Source of the DNA: Takakia lepidozioides
Taxonomy: Eukaryota; Plantae; Bryophyta
Reading direction: 5' to 3'
Assembly (NCBI GenBank): GCA_030704615.1
Contig: CM060732.1
Coordinates: 6,944,001-7,008,000, forward strand
DNA: 64,000 nt
The notes under the pieces are model-generated. The model ran no database searches. It was not told where the DNA came from and worked only from the letters and a program-made list of their open reading frames with translations. Of the stretch, positions 26,882 through 39,430 are shown one piece after another. The translations under genes and the position numbers were made by a program. Position 1 is the first letter of the stretch. Each line of letters starts with the position of its first letter.

Positions 26882-29800
26882 ATGGCTCCGAATTCCTACG
26901 CTATAGTTTGCTGTCCTCCGCAACTTGGGAGAGCCTGGATCCCAAACGAGGGAGGACTTTGCAGAGTGACTGAAACTTACCTTTGTTCCAAATTCAAGCT
27001 CAAACCGGGCACAGTTTATTTGGAAGAAGAAAGGAAGGATGTTCCTGGACAGGTTGACGAGACCATTGTCGTGCTAGGTAACGACGGAGGTTGCAGAATC
27101 GAATGGCACGTTCCCCCGTCAGACACCATCCTGTACCGAGCTGTGGGAATGCCCATTCCCTTTCCGAATCAGTCGCTGCCCACACCATCCACAAAGGAGT
27201 CCGAAACCGAGAGGCGGCCACTGCCAACAGAGAGGTATGCAACGATAATCATTCCCGACCTGGACCGTCAGACCCTCCATAGCTTCTTGTGTGGACGTAT
27301 TCGACATTTCTGACAAGGAAGATGATTGCATTGAGGTACCCATGTCCTCCACACGGTCGTTCAAATCCGGCATGGACGTCTCTGTCGGTGCTACGATGTG
27401 CCCTCGAGCATAACTCCAACCCGGTCCATTGTGCAGCTCCTACGACAACATCACCTCGATGGTTCTCGCTCCGAGCTGGCTGCTCTCGACTATGCCAAAT
27501 TCCCAATCAGAAAGGTAACTTTCTGCCTCCCGAAGTCGATGGCAATGTCATCTTCGAGTTTCCACCTGTTTCTTCGTCAAAGAAAGCCTCCGGGATGTTA
27601 ACAGACATGGATCGAAAGCATGACGGACACCCCTGGTGTGTGACGAAGACCAGTAGCACGAAAATTGCTGATGGTGTTCGTGTACGATATGTCCTCTGTG
27701 CGGGGAAGCTGAGGTGCCTCAATCCCACCTGCTTCCACTTTCTCTCCAAAGGAGGGCGGGGAAACGAGACGGATTGGACTGGCACAACGCATCATCCATT
27801 CATTGTCTCCAGCCAAGCTCCTGCGGGTTCTTTCAAGTGTGCACATTGCAAAGAACCACCGACGTGCATGTCCATGTGCAGAGCCAAGCAATATTACGTT
27901 ATCCATTTGCTCCCGGACTTGACTAGAGCTTGCATACACGTTGGGGTCCACTGCCACCCCTTGGCGAGAGGCAACATGCGTGAGGCTGTGCAGGAAGCAC
28001 ACGACATCATAAAAGAGGAGGTGAAATTGAGCCCCGGAGCCAGACCAAAGCAGATTCAGCTGAAGGCAGCCCACAAGATTGCTCTTGGCAAAATCATGTC
28101 TGAAGATGGTTTCCGACCGAGAGCCCTTGACCGAAGACGAGATGCGTGACCTCTTGGAGTCTGTCTCGCACGTTTGTAGTCCGAATGTGCGGAATCACAT
28201 CGTATCTTGCAAGCAGGAGTTCGGCAGGGGGTCGGACATGTACTCAATCCTGGAGGTGAAACGAATGACTGGATATGACTACATCCAAGGTAGCAGGTTT
28301 CCAGGGCAAGGCAGCGAATCCGATCGTTGTTACATTTTCAAAATGTCGACGTGTGGGCCTGGGAGTGGAGTCGACTTGGTCACTCGCATGACAACTGGAA
28401 ACTTGTCGAATGCTTGGGTGATGTTTGATCACATCAAGCGAATTACAAACCATCAGTGGGTGACTATGGGTGCGCATGTTTATGACTATCACTCCAAGAG
28501 GCTCATGACGATTGCAATCTGCGAGATGAAAGGGGAGGACACACAGTCCGAAATGCATCTGTGGGAGGGCATAAACCAGCAGATGGCAAGGGCGGGATTG
28601 CCAGAGCCCAATTTCAGGGGATTCATGGCAGACAACGCTCAGGCCAACTGGGCAGCGGTGCGGCGTGTGTACGGTGAGGACCGCAATGTTCCAATGGAGG
28701 GGAATGAGAGATCCTGTGGATTCCATTGGATGCAGAGTCTATCCCACTACACTACCAATTTGTTGCTAGCTCATTCCAGGCTGAACACCGTGTCCTTTGT
28801 ACGGCGTGGAAGGATGCACCCACATTTGATGACGCGGAGGTTAAGTTTGCTATCATCGAGGCTTGTGGAACACGTCAGGTGCAGTGGAGACAACCAATCT
28901 GGGAGCATTGCACAGCTGGTTGGGGTGGTGGCATTTTCGGTATCGACAGTTCGGACAGTACATGCGGGAGGTAGGCTGCTGTCAATTTCGTTCATTTGTC
29001 TTTATGTTACGGACATTTCGATTGGTCCCTCACCATTGTTTGTGTCCTTCTAGGAGCGGTGCTTGGATTCCGACACGGACATGCCGAACACGAATATGGC
29101 AGAATCGGTCCACTCCTCCTGGCGAGCGTCTTCTGCCGCACATCTGGTGGACGTAGTGACGGCCACAACGGAGGACATCGACAGAGCAATCATGCAGCAA
29201 GCCACGTACTACAAGTTCCTGAGCGGCAAACAATGGGCTTTGGGCCGGACAGGGAGGAATTGTTGGTACGAACAGCTTCGAGGTCCAAGAATCCAGTGAA
29301 ATGGGCGACAGCATTGCGAGAGAAGATCAAAGGGACGCCTCTGCACCGCAGAGGTGAACACCTAGAGGGGGACGTCCGGACTCGCCCTGTCAGGCGGAGG
29401 ATTGAAGAGGAACCCGGGTGCGAAGAGGATTCCTGGAGATCCGACAGGAACATTCGGACAGCACCTCGAGGTCCCGTCATGTTGCCGCACAATGTGTCTT
29501 CCAGCAGTGGAAGCCCAAGAAATTCCAGATCGCCGTCGCCTTCAACCGGGGATTTCGTGCAAAAAAATTCCCACCGCTCCCTTGCCCCACATTCCGCCCG
29601 CTGTTATGCAGTATGGCCAAGCCATTGTGGAGACGACTGTGTCTGCATCACAGTGGAGAATTGCTCGCACAAAGCCGTCGTTTCGAGGAAGGTGTTCCGC
29701 AATTCGTGTGGATACACGGCAACGTTGTTTAGAGATGATAAGGAGGAATCCAGATGGGGCTGTCCCTGCTCCTACTTTTACAGGAAGATTTGTCCATGCA

Positions 29801-30490
29801 AAGTTTGCGGAGGCGACAACCACCTAGTTCTGGTTCTGCAGGCACGACATTATGACTTGCGTGTATGGAAAGCCCAAGTACGGCATACAAACAATGCCAG
29901 AGGCTCCCCCGGTGTGGCCGGTGGAACCAGGCTGCGATCTGAGTCAGGTTGAGGCCGACGCCCTTACCGCCGCAGGATTTCGGATGGTGCAGCGCACTGA
30001 CGTCCCCAGAGAACCATTTCCGCTTCCACAGCCTCCACCACCGACCCCTGTGAGAGCAAGAACAATGGGACACGACAGCTCTAAGCATCCTACACACCGT
30101 TGGGGGAAACCGAAGAGGCGGCGACCTCCCTCAAAAGTGAACGAGACAAGGATGGGGAATGCACTTCGGATGAACTGTACAATCCAGAGCTCGACAGAAG
30201 TGCCCCCACCAGGATTCGGGCGTGTGTATCAGATGGCCACGGCGGGCTCAGCTGTTCGCAATGAGGTGTACACCATCACCATCACCATTTCAGAATTACC
30301 CACCTGCAATTGCACCGACTTCCAGATCTTGGCGAACAAGGGGGCATCATACTGCCCTTGCAAGCATTTGTACTACGTGTACCTAAAGAGACTCCGTTGT
30401 AATTCCACAACTCATCACTTCATACATGCACCAGGGTTGAGCCCCCAGGAGGTTCACACTCTTCTGAATATGGATCCAGGGGACCAGTGA
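26882..30490 (+). pseudogene. Full-length MULE transposase (GCM-like Zn domain, DDE, Cys-rich domain, SWIM) with several frameshifts
   Basis: ATG at 26882. Motifs MFDH, FMAD, CGFH, NMAESVH and CNCTDF..CKH. GT-AG intron 28971-29053 joins YMRE to ERCLDSD. Confidence 0.88.
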
Positions 30491-31197
30491 GCTTGGCTTG
30501 CGGTCCCAATACAATGGTACGCCCATCCTTTTCGGATAGTAGAACTGTACTGCTGCCAGTACCTCAGACTCTGGCCACAGAAAGGTCCGACATATGTCTT
30601 GCCTACCAGTAACATGTTTTGCTCGAACTAAGATATTACTATATCGTTCACTTGCTTCCACGTGCATGTATTTTTGTATGTTGGAGGGTTCATGTTTTTC
30701 TGCTAAATGCGGCGCCGCATTTCCAAGTATCGTCGTAGGTACTGGCAGAGGCGGCCTTTGCCAACACCAAAACGCTCCGAAATTTCGCACGTGCGAACCC
30801 TATTGCGGCACCTTATTTCCCAGTTCAGTTGCAAACCTTTCCCACCGAATACCCGAAGAAGACAGAATTGTGAAGTACTGCAGACTGTATTGGTGCAGAC
30901 TCCATTGGTTCAATCGCGGCAAAAGGGTCAGTTTCATTCCAATGTTAAGGCATGTAAAACCGCGGAATACTCTATACAGGCCAGTATGCGACATCCTTTT
31001 GCAGTGGTATACTGGATTTCCCGTTGCACGGTCACTTATTTCCATGAGCGGATCTAAAAAACCATGAGCGGACTTGTTACTGACGACATATCTTCGCCGC
31101 ATTACATGATCTGGAACGTCCAAAAACGGCAAGGTCAAATAAAAAACTATTATTTTAATACTTGTTTAATCTGCCGCATTTCCAAATTTGGAGGAGT

Positions 31198-31294
31198 CCG
31201 CTCATGAAATCCACGTATCTTAGACTTCGGCTCACCGCTCATGCGGCTCATGGCTCATGGCTCATGGTTTCTGCTCATGAAATAGTAAAACCTC
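31198..31294. repeat. TIR / element end, family A
   Basis: Matches 7198-7309 but has a different flank. Confidence 0.8.
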
Positions 31295-32081
31295 GTACCC
31301 GGCAAAGCTTCGGATTCCTCTCTGCCGCTTGGTACCATTGCAGGTGGTGAAACCTGCCCTTCCAGGCGATATCGACAAGCTGAAATTCTCTTTCCGGGAG
31401 GGATATCGAATGGGGTCTGCCGCATTTTATGCTTCCATTGAGAACGACCACGGAGCTTCTCATGCCACACTTCCGATGAGGTGGACAAATGGGGTCCCCA
31501 TTGGCAAAGGCGAAATGAGGAGTTCGAGAGATTGATTGCTACTGATCCTCTTTTCCAGCACTTGTCCGGAAAGATGTTTTACGTGTGGGACGGCAATCAT
31601 CGCCTCCTGGCATGGATGGATTACATAGCCCAAGCCCACCCCAACGACCTAGATTGGCTATATGCCGTGCAGTGTGTTGTGCTAAAGGTTGCGGGGCCCA
31701 AAGATCGAAGTCTTCTCAAAGCTGCTATGGCAGACATCAACTCGTAAGTTACAATGCCTCTTGCTTTGCAACTTTGAATTTGAAAGTCATTTCATCGCCA
31801 ATCGTCATATTTGTTGCAAATTCTCATTTCAGTATCGTTTAATGGAAATGTGGCATTGCAGGGTGACTGAGAATGCCTTCATTGCCACCAACTTGTCCCA
31901 CATGCTCTTCCGAGAGAAGGATATTGGGAAGCAAGGGGTGCAAGAGTTTGCCAATTTGCTCAGTGCCGACCTCCTGCGCAAGTCGGAGGCAAAGGCAGAC
32001 AGAACCTGGTATAGGCTGAGCATGGGCACCATCGTGGACTACATATTCTGGGTACAGCTCCCAACTCTTTTGTTGTCATAA
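31295..32081 (+). pseudogene. Family B ParB-like domain fragment, interrupted by the family A insertion
   Basis: YPAKLRIPLCRLVPLQVVKPALPGDIDKLK...MFYVWDGNHRLLAW. Closely matches 40961-41726. Confidence 0.8.
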
Positions 32082-32099
32082 TCTGTCTTTCTATTTTCC

Positions 32100-33200
32100 A
32101 GAACGGAAATGCGGCTACTCATTTCCGTCCAACATGCAACGCCTGTAACAGTGGAACAGTAATGCGGCACCGCATTTCCATCCAGGGGAATCCTTTCTAC
32201 TTTCCAGAATGGAAATGCGGCACCGCATTTCCGTCTGTGGAATCCTTTCTACTTTGCTGAACGGAAATGGGGCACAGCATGCGCCGCCAAATTTCCGTTG
32301 TGATTGTAAGTAATGAGACAGTGCAACTGAAATGCGGCACCGCATTTCCGTCCGGGGGAAACCTTTATACTCTCCAGAACGGAAATGCGGTGCCGCATTT
32401 CCGTCCAACAAGTAAGGTATGTGACAGTGGAACGGAAATGCGGTACCGCATTTCCGTTGTGATTGAAAATCATGAACCACCGCAACTGAAATGTGGCACC
32501 GCATTTCCGTCTGAGTCGCAACTTCCGACATTCCAGAACGGAAATGCGGCGCCGCATTTCCATTTTGTATCTCAGGCATGAAGCTGTGGGACGGAAATGC
32601 GGCATCGCATTTCCGTCCGGGGGAAATCTTCATACTCTCCAGAACGGAAATGCGGTACTGCATTTCCGTTCAACAAGTAAGGTATGTGACATTGGAACGG
32701 AAATGCGGTACCGCATTTCCGTTGTGATTGTAAATCATGAACCACTGCAACTGAAAATGCGGCACTGCATTTCCGTCCGAGTCGCACCTTCGGACTTTCC
32801 CGAACGGAAATGCAGCGCCGCATTTCCGTTTTGTATCTCAGGCATGGAGGTGTGGGACGGAAATGCGACACCGCATTTCCGTCTAGGGGAAACCTTTATA
32901 CTTTCCAGAACGGAAATGTGGTGCCGCATTTCCGTCCAACAAGTAAGGTATGTGACAGTGGAACGGAAATGCGGCACAACATTTCCGTTGTGATTGAAAA
33001 TCATGAAACAATGCAAATGAAATGCGGCATCGCATTTCCGTCCGAGTCGTACCTTCGGACTTTCTAGAACGGAAATGCGGCGCCGCATTTCCGTTTTGTA
33101 TGCCAAGCATGAAACCACATTTCTGTTCGGGATGCTACTTAACGGAAATGCGGCGCCGCATTTGCGTTTTCACTCTAACTCATCAGACGCTGGGACGGAA
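32100..33200. repeat. 53-bp-period palindrome array (family A copy 4, opposite orientation)
   Basis: Same core. Spacers are reverse complements of those at 18290-19300. Confidence 0.93.
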
Positions 33201-33448
33201 ATGCCATGATATGTGAACACGTGGACCCATAGAATTGCGGCACCGCTTTTTGATGTCTGCACTCATGCTGGCTAAAGTGGCAGGAGGCGGCGCGGCCTGA
33301 CCGTTGGTTAATGATGTTTGTTTTGCGGACGCCAGGCGTACATTTGACGATTCGAATTTCGTAATGACGCATAGTCCTCGAGGAGACACTTCCATCCCAG
33401 CCTTTCAAACCAAAGCGGTGCATCATCGCCGTTTCATCTTCATTTGTC

Positions 33449-34792
33449 GTGTCTACTCAGTCACCCCTCTCGCGCCCTTTCCATCTGCACTCTTCGCCCC
33501 TTTTCCGCGTCTGTTTTCTTCTTATGCTCCAACCTGAGAGGGAGGAAGTTCCTGCACCAGAGAAGAGACATCGTCGCAAGCTCCGCAAGTTGTACTTCGG
33601 GCGAAGGCCAATGCCGAAGGGGAGGAAGCAGATGTGTCTTCAAGAGGAGATGGTCATCTTGTAGCAGCAGGCAACGCAGGCAACCCAGCCACCAGTGAGA
33701 GCTCCGTGCTATTGGGATGCGCGCTGCTGATCGAGCACCGAAACCCTCCCTCATTTTTGTTGTGCAATTCTTAGACTGTATGGTAGGACACTTGAATGCA
33801 GAAGATGTTTGCATGCCTAACTCGAAAGGTGGAGGTGGTGGAGGGATCGCAAGAATCCGAAGAGCCGCAGGAAGAATCCGTGGAACGAGCTGCAGCACGC
33901 ACACCCAGCCGATCCACGAGTATGGGTCTCCGTGCCGGGCCTAGCCCTGTGCGTTTCAAGGGCGCGGTTTGGAAAGGAAAGGCTTTGCAATTCCAAGCCC
34001 CAGAGAGCAGTCGCGTTTGAAGGTCATGGAGAATTGCCAGCAGGAGTCGGGCCCTTCTCCGGCAAAGACGAAGAAGAAGCAGCCCGTCCTTGAACTGGTT
34101 TCTGAACCGGACCGGTCCCCCCCAGGAGAATAAAGTAGAAGGGTGCAGTGTAGATTCAAATGCATCAGACGCCTTCACCTGTAAGAAGGAAGAAGCAGAA
34201 GGCAAACAGGGGGAGGTTGGAGCAGTCTCCCGCAAAACCGATTCCACGAGCTGAAGCCCAGTTCTTGCTTGATTTCCAGCCAGGTGATGTTGGGGGCTTC
34301 TCTACTGCAGCAAAGGCAATGGGATCGACCGATTTTGTGGATCTGTCAACAGAGGAGGGTGTTGCTGCTCAATGTTCGCAGCAGCACTTCACCACCTTTC
34401 AGGAAGAACTTCAGAATGCTGCAGGCCCGGAGGAGGCCTCTGCAATTCGAGAATTGTCCGCAAAGACTCCCCAGACTTCAGCTGTTGTTGGGGATGCTCC
34501 AGCTGCTCAGCCCCTACCGCCACCTGCAGAAATGTCTCCGGAGGAATTCCAAAGTGCAGCGGATACAATGTTGGAGGAGACACACAGTAGCATTGGCAGA
34601 GTTCTGGGCAGCAAGGTATTCCAGCGGGCTCTTTGAGTTCCACTCTGTTGCATGGTCTCCCTTCCCATCGTCAGGCAAGCTCTTCTAGGAGATGTGGACA
34701 AGCTCAAGTTTGCATTTCGAGAAGGGTACCGCCTAGGTTTGCCAGCCTTCTCCGTTTCCATTGAGAATGAGGACGGCGAAACTCGTGGACCC
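33449..34792 (+). pseudogene. Family A ParB-MTase gene, 5' part, cut inside the ParB domain by an LTR end
   Basis: Homologous to the reverse complement of 16678-18010. Ends at ...ETRGP, then TGTCGAGC (LTR end). Confidence 0.8.
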
Positions 34793-35721
34793 TGTCGAGC
34801 GGCTTTTACTCACTCATCCCTTCGCTATCCGAGGTGGAAACTCCAAGATAGAAGAGTTGGATATCTCTAAGCACTCAGCCCGCTTAGAGCAATCACTCAT
34901 GACCTACAGCTAGTGAATCATGGTTGTGCTTCCTATTTGTATTTCTTCTTGCCTTCATGTTAGCAATTTACCTTACTGTGTATATTGAAGCATCAGTTTG
35001 CTTCAGTATCTATCAGGTTCCATTCACTCATCCATTCATTCCACAGCTTCACTCATGTCTCTCTACACAGTATGATTGTATCGAATAAGTATCAGATTAA
35101 GATTTATCAGGTATCAGGCCAATGCCATGGTGTCTTTAATCCGCCCTACTGTATGATTCTACAGCCTGCATGAATTAAGCATCAGACAAGTCATCTTCCC
35201 ATCTTCGTCGTTTCCTCCATTCCTGGTTCTGTTCCCGCTCTCCGCTTCATCTCCTCTCCCTCTGACCAAGTAGTGCTCTCCAAGAAGTGATCCCCTTCCT
35301 GTTGCTGCTCCGCCTAATCTCCCCGCAAGCTATTCTAACCACCTAACTAACTAGCTGTCACCCCTGAAATAACACGTTCCCTCTGCAGATATCGTTCCCT
35401 GTCAATGATACCGTTCCCTATGTATGCTGTGACGGGCTGTGACAAGCTATGTCGGGCTGTGACTGTGCCGGACTGTGACTGGCTGTGTGAAGTTGTGTCA
35501 GGCTGTGTCGTGCTGTGACTGGCTGTGATAGACTGTGATTGACTGTGACAGACTGTGTAAGGCTGTGTCGGACTGTGTCGGGCTGTGTAAGGCCGTGATA
35601 GACTATGATAGGCTGTGTACGACTGTCTACCACCCATAAAGCCTGTGCTGTCACCCCTAAGGCCTCTGTTGATCTAAGTCTACCATCTGTGAGTCTGCAC
35701 AAAAATTAAGGGTACCCCACA
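34793..35721 (-). repeat. Nearly complete gypsy LTR (lacks the first ~40 bp) with an internal 10-bp-period CACAGCC minisatellite
   Basis: Its reverse complement matches 48770-49420 and 12500-12872. Confidence 0.85.
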
Positions 35722-36340
35722 ATCCTGCATCCCACAAGGCTCTCGTCTGCTCCCCTGTCATCTTCATTTTTCCAAGCAGGGCTCTGTCCAGATGTGGAAG
35801 GCGGAAATACCACGTATGGATCAGATTTGAGACATAGCAATAGAAGAATGGCCACAACTACTGACTTTCCAGGTGGGGATGAAAAATACTGAGAAAAATA
35901 AATGAACCAGATTGCACAATCCTGTAAGTATCTGAGAGGAATCATGTAAAGAAATCTGACAATCATCAGTACCAGGCCAAAGAATGCCACAGGTACCAAT
36001 GTCCAACATCAATCCACCTCCTATCCAAAATGTGAAAAATCCAAAGCACGTGGGATTCATGCACCTTCTCAACAGCCAATAAGTTGGCTTTCTTCAAAGC
36101 CTTTGCAGGAGTGCCAAGAGGGCTTTGGATGGCTTCCACAGATTCCTGGCATAATTATAACTGTCAAATATAATTACAATTACCAAAACCATCACAATCT
36201 GAAGACACATGTCCTCCTGACCACACATTCTCAATACCATTTGATCTTACTCTAGTCACATTGTTCAACACTAGACCACCCTTAAAAGGACCTGCCAGAA
36301 GAATTCAATTTCGAATTTGCTGTTGAGCCTCAAACAAACA
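35722..36340 (-). pseudogene. Possible degraded gypsy fragment (integrase C-terminus and downstream region)
   Basis: Degenerate KLxS-W-xGPFK-like segment near 36270-36320. Weak evidence. Confidence 0.25.
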
Positions 36341-36403
36341 ATAAGAAAACCAAAGAACACAACCCCAAAAAACTGAGATTTTTTTCCATTTTGGCTGGGA
36401 CTT

Positions 36404-38086
36404 ATGCCGCCTGAAGGGCATGGCTCTCCTGAGAGAGACCTCACATCCAGACCGCGGCGGAAGTTGAAAGCTTTGTACTACGGACGACGGCCAATCTCTC
36501 GCATGGCCAAACTTAAGCTCCAGCAGGAGATTCCAGTGTCTTGCTCACAACCCGCGCTAACTGAAGCCGAGTACTCTCAGGCAAGCCACTTCTGCTTTCG
36601 CTTTGTTGTTTCGCTTTGTTTTTGCATCTTAATCCTGGCATCGCTGGAAGCGTATGGCTGCATCGCAAAAGCAGCAGCTGTTGCGAAGAATGATCAAGGT
36701 CTGAGTGGTTAAAAATTAAGGAAATCCATGCTGAGCTGAGAAGATGAAGTGCCTTCAAAACATTTCACCCTGTTTTCCCGTCTTATGGAATTCCTGATCA
36801 TTTGTTCATCGTGTTTCATATTACCGGTTGAGTGAACCTTAGATAGTTTGCAATGCGTGTGCAAAGCCGACAGCTCTGGAGAAGGCTGCTTGTGCATGTC
36901 ATTCTTAGGCATTGGTTGGATTTGTTTTCATTGTTGTTCCATGGCACTCCATACTTCCTAAACTTGTTTTGTTTTCATTGTTGTTCCACGATTGTTGCTA
37001 TGGTGGTTGCGCTGCTCGTTGCGATGCTGGTTTTGGCACCAATGTTGGTTCTGACGATTTTGGGAATGACAAAGTGACGACGAGCCCGGCACGCTGGTGG
37101 TATCGTCGACCGCTCCAACTCATCGCATGTTTGAATCGCCCAACTTGGGGCGAGAGGGCAAACTTCAACCTTTTGTTGGTGGACGGGAGGACCTGCAGCG
37201 AGGGTACGACAGAATAGGCATTGGGGAGGTTGGTGCAGGCGGCATGGCAGGTGAAGGGCGTGAGGACGTGAGGACAGCAGATCCGGCAATGGAGGTTGTT
37301 GATGCACATGCAGTAGGGCCCGCCCACGCAAAGAAGAAGAAGAAAGCTAAGCACATGCAATCCCCCGCGAGAGAGCCGTCACGGGCTGCGGAGGGGGGAG
37401 TGAGCAGTGCGCGCGAGGGTGTTCCTTCTCCTCAATCAAAGGTGGTCGTCCTGGAGGGCTCCCCTGCTGCTAGCCCTAGTAAGAAACAGAAAGCCCGTGA
37501 GAGGGCAAAAGAAAGGGCAAAAGAACAGGCGAGACAGAAGGCTAGCCAGGAGGAAAGAGAAAAGGCCACTGAAGAGGCCAGGGGTGCCCAAATGACAGAT
37601 GCCAATGTAAGCGAGGGACGCACAGAGACGGTGGATCCCTCCAAGACACCACAAAGAGGCAGTAACACACCGGTTACACCATCGCGGACAAGAGCAGCCC
37701 CCGCAATTACCCATACAGTGGAGAGTGGAGGAGAGGAAAGAACACCACAAAGAGCACGGATTGTGCAAGTTCGAGGTGAAGCCGGGGAGATGGCAGTAGA
37801 GCCAGGGAGAGTGCTCAAGGTGGTTTCGCCGGTGGTTCACCATGTTGAGGAGGACGACACCGAGCTTTCTGACCAGGATGACATCCTCCCGGACATCCCC
37901 AGGCCCCAAACTCGCAGCATACAGGCTGGATTTGGTGGTCCTGGTGGGCTGCCGGAGAACCCCTCTGCAGCAGACGTCATGTCGGAGGCGGATATGAAGT
38001 TGGCCGCTGCCAAGATGTTGGAGGCAACCCACAACAACATTGGCAGGGTGCTGGGGGGCATGGTGTACCCGGCCAAGCTTCGAATT
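36404..38086 (+). pseudogene. Family B ParB-MTase gene, N-terminal exons
   Basis: First-exon motif shared with family A. ORF 37097 ends ...MLEATHNNIGRVLGGMVYPAKLRI, matching family A MLEETHSSIGRVLGSRVFQRTLRI. Confidence 0.75.
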
Positions 38087-38087
38087 G

Positions 38088-38724
38088 CGTCATATACAGG
38101 GCTGTTGGGGACTTCATTTGCCCGCCAAATGCACCTTCTATCCTGGCGCCTTCCACGAAACAATCCGCGAATCAGAGTGTGGGTACCTCAAAGAGAGAAG
38201 TCCGCAACGAAGTAAATCCAGAGCCGAACCCATCAATGAAGACGAGCGAGAACCGGGTTGTTCACAACCTGTCCGACTCAGACGAGGTCATGGAAGTTCC
38301 GAGATCGTCCTAGAGATCAGGCAAGTCCTCAATGGACGTCAGTGGACGAGGGAGTCATATTCCCAGCACGAGCACCGCAGTTCGATCCATTCTTGAAATT
38401 CTGCGAGGGCTTCACATGGAGGGACACCGCTCGGAGCTGGCCGGGCTGGACTACAGCAAGTTCGCAATTAAATCGGTTACATGCCTTCCCGCAGACGTCG
38501 ACGGTAATATCTTCTTTGAGTTCCCTCCTCGGGCGGCCTTGCGAGAGGGCCTTCGGGACACGCCATTGCTTCGAAGAGGCCAACATTTGGAATGGGATGT
38601 TCATACCCATCCAGTGAGACGAAGACTAAGGAGGAGTTTGTGCAGCTCGTTCACGCTCAATGCATCGGCGTTGAGCGTGAACGAGCTGCACAAACTCCTC
38701 CTTAGGGATTCCAGAAATCATTGA
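38088..38724 (+). pseudogene. Internally deleted family B transposase remnant
   Basis: VIYRAVG...RSELAGLDYSKF..LPADVDGNIFFEFPP is fused to AALREGLRDTPLLRRGQHLE and ALSVNELHKLL (both as in 62495-63654). Confidence 0.8.
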
Positions 38725-38874
38725 TGGGGCAAAGAGAATCCTCCATATGGATATTTTCAATTGCATTTTCATGTATCAGACTTTTTTTTGCAGTGTAATG
38801 AAATGCACCCCAAAACTCCTGGAATGAGGCAATATTCCATTCAAACTGAGATCCAACAGAAGCAGTTGTGGGGC

Positions 38875-39430
38875 CATTTCTGGAAAAATGGCGCCGAATT
38901 TCTCTATTTAGGGCCGAAAACTGGCTAAGTCCCAACATGCACTGGTCTGGATGTGTCTGGAAAAATGGCGCCGAATTTCCAGTTACATGACCCATAACTG
39001 CCCAACATCTGTGCAATCCCCGGCACACCATGTACCGAAATTCGGCGCCACATTTCCAAATTTTGGGCTTACACACCTGTCATGAGGGGACCGATAGCAG
39101 CGGAATTCGGCACCATTTTTCGCCAAAGAGACCTATTACCGCGAAATACGTCGCGGATTTTTCCGGTTACGGACCCTATTACTGCGAAATTCAGCGCCAT
39201 TTTTGCACATGTCGCTGGGAATTGGCATGAGCGGAAGACGAAATATCATGAGCACAACTCTCAAAACTACAATTTTCCCTTCAAGGTGTTTTTTCTGACA
39301 CATTGCATTAAATTAATGTTTTATAATGTTTTTTATTTTCGAAATTTGTACTTCTGCTCATGAAAACCGATTGTCTTGCTACTCCGCTCATGCCGCTCAT
39401 GCCGCTCATGCTCATGAAATAGCTAACCTC
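38875..39430. repeat. Family B subterminal palindromes (GGAAAAATGGCGCCGAATTTC type) and TIR end
   Basis: Several palindromes at 38881-39200. GCTCATG repeats, then ...GAAATAGCTAACCTC at 39430. Confidence 0.8.

Larger units (their letters stand above)
23413..31294. mobile_element. MULE family A, copy 3 (left part lost in the gap, right TIR intact)
   Basis: 5' exons of the ParB-MTase gene (-), array, full-length transposase (+), TIR end ...ATAGTAAAACCTC at 31294. Confidence 0.88.
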
